Assembly: GCA_963727485.1 (NCBI GenBank)
Contig: CAVSGM010000002.1
Location: 1,696,001 to 1,760,000, forward strand
DNA length: 64,000 nucleotides
From: an uncultured delta proteobacterium
Lineage (GTDB): Bacteria > Myxococcota > Myxococcia > SLRQ01
Direction of reading: 5' to 3'
Position numbers and translations under genes: made by a program. Positions within the stretch are counted from its first letter, which is position 1; each line of letters starts with the position of its first letter. Below the pieces are notes generated by a model. The model was not told the origin of the DNA. It ran no database searches and was given only the letters and a program-made list of their open reading frames with translations. Below, in pieces: positions 60,844-64,000 of this stretch.

Positions 60844-61458
60844 GTGACTCGGGCCGGGCGATCACGCGCGCGGAGCGCCGCGACGGAACCGTGGACACGG
60901 GTGCTGCCCGTGGCCGGGCTCCTGGCGGTCACCGCCGGGCTCGGGGTGAACTGGCTGGTGCCCACCGTGCGCTTCACCAGCGTGCGCCTCAACTACCTGA
61001 CCATGCTGGTGGCCTTCCTCCTGCCGGCCTTGGCCCTGGTGCTGGCCCTCCGGGGCACCGAGGGGCCGGCGCGGTGGGCGCTGGGGATCCTGCTGGTGCC
61101 CCTGGCGGCGGCGGGGCTGGCCCTGGGGGTGGGGATGGTGGCCACCTGCCCCGAGTGCATCGGCCGCGGCCAGGACCCGACCTTCGTGCCGGTGAAGGGG
61201 GTCACCGCCTACGGCCACCGCCTCGAGGCCTACCGGGTGCACCTGGGCCCGTCGAGGCCGCCGGGGATCGTGGTCCGGGAGGAGCGGCGGATCGTCCCGG
61301 GCCTCGACTGGGTGCGGCGGGTGGGGGGGCTGGCGGACGCCACCCACGTGGACATCGAGCCGCTCTCGGCCGGGGTGGTGCGCTTCAGCTACCCCCCGGT
61401 GCCCGGGCACCGGGACGCGGTGGTCGACGCCGTGGTACGGGTGGCCGGGAGCCCATGA
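60844..61458 (+). CDS. Hypothetical membrane protein (start uncertain, possibly ~60901)
   Basis: Three TMs then a CxxC-containing soluble domain; ATGA overlap with the next gene. Confidence 0.6.
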   Translation: MTRAGRSRARSAATEPWTRVLPVAGLLAVTAGLGVNWLVPTVRFTSVRLNYLTMLVAFLLPALALVLALRGTEGPARWALGILLVPLAAAGLALGVGMVATCPECIGRGQDPTFVPVKGVTAYGHRLEAYRVHLGPSRPPGIVVREERRIVPGLDWVRRVGGLADATHVDIEPLSAGVVRFSYPPVPGHRDAVVDAVVRVAGSP

Positions 61459-62001
61459 CCCCGACCCACCTGGCGCTGCTCCGCGGCATCAACGTCGGCC
61501 GCGCCAAGCGCGTGGCCATGGCCGACCTGCGGGCGTTGGTGACCTCGCTGGGGCACACCGGCGTCCGCACGGTGCTCAACAGCGGCAACGTCCTGTTCGC
61601 CGCCTCGGGCCGGGCGACGCCCGCGAAGCTGGCCGCGGCGATCCAGGCGGCGGTCGCCGGCGAGCTCGGGGTCGAGAGCCGGGTCACGGTGATCCCCGTC
61701 GCGAAGCTCGCCGAGGCGGTCACCGGCAATCCGCTGGCCGACCTCGCCACCGAGCCGAGGCGCCTCCAGGTGGCGGTGCTCTCCGGGGCCGCCGCACCCA
61801 GGCAGGTCGCCGCCCTCGCCCGCGACGACTGGGGCGAGGAGGCCCTGGCCGCCCGGGGCCGCTTCGCCTGGATGTGGTGCCCGGGCGGGGTGCATCAAGA
61901 GCCCGCTCTACCAGGCGGTGGACCGGGCGGTGGGCGAGGCGGCGACGGTGCGAAACCTCGCCACCCTCACCAGGCTTCACGCTCTCGCCGGCGCGGCTTG
62001 A
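61455..62001 (+). CDS. DUF1697-family protein (frameshift near 61890)
   Basis: 'ALLRGINVG...V.MADLR', 'TVLNSGN'; the shifted frame gives 'ATVRNLATL.RL'. Confidence 0.85.
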
Positions 62002-62365
62002 GCGGGCGCCCGCCCCGGTTGGGGGCGCTGGCGACGCCGAGGAGCGAGAGGGCGATGAAGCCGATGAGCACCACCTTGACCCACAGGGCCCAGTCGCTCT
62101 GGCCGATCCACAGCGCCACCATGTACGGCAGCAGGAAGAGCCACATCGCCCCCTGCATCAGCACCGGCTGCACCCGCACCCAGGCCCAGGCGCCCTCGAG
62201 GCCGCCGGCGGTGCCCAGCGCCAGGTAGGCAAAGGCGATCCACCCGGCGAGGAGCGCCAGCGACCACAGTCCCTTCACCATCCGGCCGAAGAGGGTCCGG
62301 CCGCCGGCGGCGAGGAGGATCCAGAAGCCGATCACCATGAGGATGAGGCCGGTCATCAGGCTCAT
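61967..62365 (-). CDS. Hypothetical membrane protein
   Basis: Four hydrophobic segments, AAGGGGG RBS. Confidence 0.65.
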   Translation of the reverse strand: MSLMTGLILMVIGFWILLAAGGRTLFGRMVKGLWSLALLAGWIAFAYLALGTAGGLEGAWAWVRVQPVLMQGAMWLFLLPYMVALWIGQSDWALWVKVVLIGFIALSLLGVASAPNRGGRPLKPRRREREAW

Positions 62366-62602
62366 CGCGTTCCCCCTTGGGCGGCACTGCGCCTCGCACC
62401 CAAGCTAGCCAGCGCCGGGGGCCGGCGCAGTGCCGGGCGGTCCCCACGGGCGGCGTCCCCAGGGCGCGCGCCTCGGCGGCCGTCAGCCGGCGGGTCGGAC
62501 GCGGGGGCGCCGGGCGCTGGCAACGTGGGAGGCGGGTGATAGCTTCGGGCGCATGCCGCCCACCGGCACCGCCGGGCCGGCCTCCCCGGGGTGGGCCGCT
62601 CG

Positions 62603-63283
62603 ATGCCCACCAGCCGCCTCGAGGCCTTCAGCGACGGCGTCCTCGCCATCCTCATCACCATCATGGTGCTGGAGCTGAAGGTGCCCCACGGCGACGGCCT
62701 CGGGGCCCTGTGGCCCCTGTGGCCGGTGTTCGTCAGCTACGTCCTGAGCTTCGTGTACCTGGGCATCTACTGGAACAACCACCACCACATGTTCATGGTC
62801 ACCGGGGAGGTCGGCGGCGGGGTCCTGTGGGCCAACCTGCACCTCTTGTTCTGGCTCTCGCTGGTGCCCTTCGTCACCGGGTGGATGGGCGAGAACCACT
62901 TCGCGCCGGCGCCCACCGCGGTCTACGGCGCGGTGCTGCTCATGGCCGCCATCGCCTACTGGATCCTCCAGCGCGTCATCCTCGCGCGCGAGGGCCCGGG
63001 CTCGCTGCTGGCCCGGGCGGTGGGCCGGGATCTCAAGGGCAAGATCTCGCCGGTGCTCTACCTGGTGGCCCTGCCGGCGGCCTTCTGGGCTCCGTGGGTC
63101 GCCGGGGCGATCTACGTGGGGGTGGCGCTCATCTGGCTGGTGCCCGACCGGCGCATCGAGCGGGTGCTGGCCGAGGGCGCCGCGCCGGGCGCCCGCGGCG
63201 AGCGGGTGACCGGGCGCCCCGCCCCCCCCGGCGAATCTCCTGGCGCCCGCAGCCGTTGTGTGACATGTTGCAGGAAGCAGTGA
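62603..63283 (+). CDS. TMEM175/DUF1211 potassium channel
   Basis: 'RLEAFSDGV.AI.ITIMVLEL', 'YW.NHH', 'PD.RIE'. Confidence 0.93.
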   Translation: MPTSRLEAFSDGVLAILITIMVLELKVPHGDGLGALWPLWPVFVSYVLSFVYLGIYWNNHHHMFMVTGEVGGGVLWANLHLLFWLSLVPFVTGWMGENHFAPAPTAVYGAVLLMAAIAYWILQRVILAREGPGSLLARAVGRDLKGKISPVLYLVALPAAFWAPWVAGAIYVGVALIWLVPDRRIERVLAEGAAPGARGERVTGRPAPPGESPGARSRCVTCCRKQ

Positions 63284-63448
63284 CGGGCGCGACCGGTTCG
63301 CGCCGCGCCCGGACGCTGCGCGAGATGTTCGTCGATACGAAGCGACGGTAGGCGTCTCGCCCTACGCAGTCGCACGTCAGGACGAAATCTCGAGGTCGCG
63401 CCGGCCCTCGCGCAGTGCGAGGCGCGCGAGCCGGCCGCAGAGGAGCAC

Positions 63449-63688
63449 ATGTCGAAGCACGCCAGGCCCAGCGAAGCAGAAGCGATGCGGGAGATGAACC
63501 CGTCGTCCGAGGACGGCGGCATCGGCTCCCGGCACCGCGCCCCCCGCCCGCACGCGTCGCGTTCCGGGACGGTGGAATGTCTGCGCTGTGGTGAGGCGTT
63601 CGACTCTTGGGACAAGCGTCGCAACCGCATCTGCGGGCGCTGCTCGTCCCGAATCAGCCGCGAGGGCGCCGGGCTCGACGCCCGCTAG
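63449..63688 (+). CDS. Small zinc-ribbon protein
   Basis: 'CLRC...F.S.....RIC..C'; GAGGAG RBS. Confidence 0.65.
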   Translation: MSKHARPSEAEAMREMNPSSEDGGIGSRHRAPRPHASRSGTVECLRCGEAFDSWDKRRNRICGRCSSRISREGAGLDAR

Positions 63689-63718
63689 GCGCCCCGCCAG
63701 ACCCGAGAGAGGAAGACC

Positions 63719-64000
63719 ATGGCGAAAAAGGGAGGCCAGCACCGGTTCGCCGCGCGCAAGCGTGAGCAGGACCGAAAGGCCCGCGCCGAAAAGAAGCGAC
63801 AGCGGAAGGCCGAGCGCCAGGCCGCCAAGGCCGACGGCGTCAGCGACGGCACCGACCCCGAGCTCGAGGGCATCGTCCCCGGGCCCCAGCCCAAGGCCGT
63901 GATCGACGCCGCCGAGGTCCAGGCCGCGGTGGAGCGGGCCATGAACCCCGGCGCCATCGCCGCCGAGGCGCGGCCCATGTCCCCGGCCAAGGCCGCGGCC
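63719..64000 (+). CDS. Small basic hypothetical protein, partial (runs off the window)
   Basis: 'MAKKGGQHRFAARKREQDRKARAEKKRQRK...GIVPGPQP'; GAGG RBS. Confidence 0.65.
   Translation, partial: MAKKGGQHRFAARKREQDRKARAEKKRQRKAERQAAKADGVSDGTDPELEGIVPGPQPKAVIDAAEVQAAVERAMNPGAIAAEARPMSPAKAAA

Noticed and set aside
63265..63282. SRP RNA-like 'AGGAAGCAG'
   Set aside because: Missing the CAGG-stem-GNRA context and the long flanking helix; it lies within the end of the TMEM175 ORF.

Overview
Very GC-rich bacterial chromosomal window. The gene content suggests a Myxococcota/deltaproteobacterial organism: TonB-C/TBDR fusion, PEGA-bearing Ser/Thr kinase, PilT-family ATPase, CarD-like protein. This taxonomy is an inference. 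There are about 65 protein genes and I saw no rRNA, tRNA, CRISPR array or transposase. About ten genes carry single-base frameshifts, most likely long-read assembly errors. The standout feature is a ~770-nt non-coding element (16513-17280, minus strand). Its two ends base-pair, it is packed with G-U-containing helices and purine-rich loops, it starts exactly where a sigma70-like promoter predicts, and three DnaA-box-like motifs lie upstream. It sits directly upstream of a ribosome-hibernation (HPF/RaiA)-cold-shock fusion gene. It is divergent from an operon encoding an NTPase, a PIMT-archease fusion, RtcB, PolX-PHP and a CBS protein, which converges on an archaeal-type SAM synthetase. Together these make a candidate giant-RNA-associated RNA/DNA/protein repair and dormancy island. 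Other notable items are a PerR/FurA-ahpC-dps locus with two matching operator boxes and an internally deleted Dps, a divergent SecY-like protein, tandem cupredoxin-type paralogues behind a TonB receptor, several operator-like palindromes, and a 23-bp tandem repeat fused to a 29-bp perfect hairpin. All family calls come from motif recognition by eye; no database search was run.
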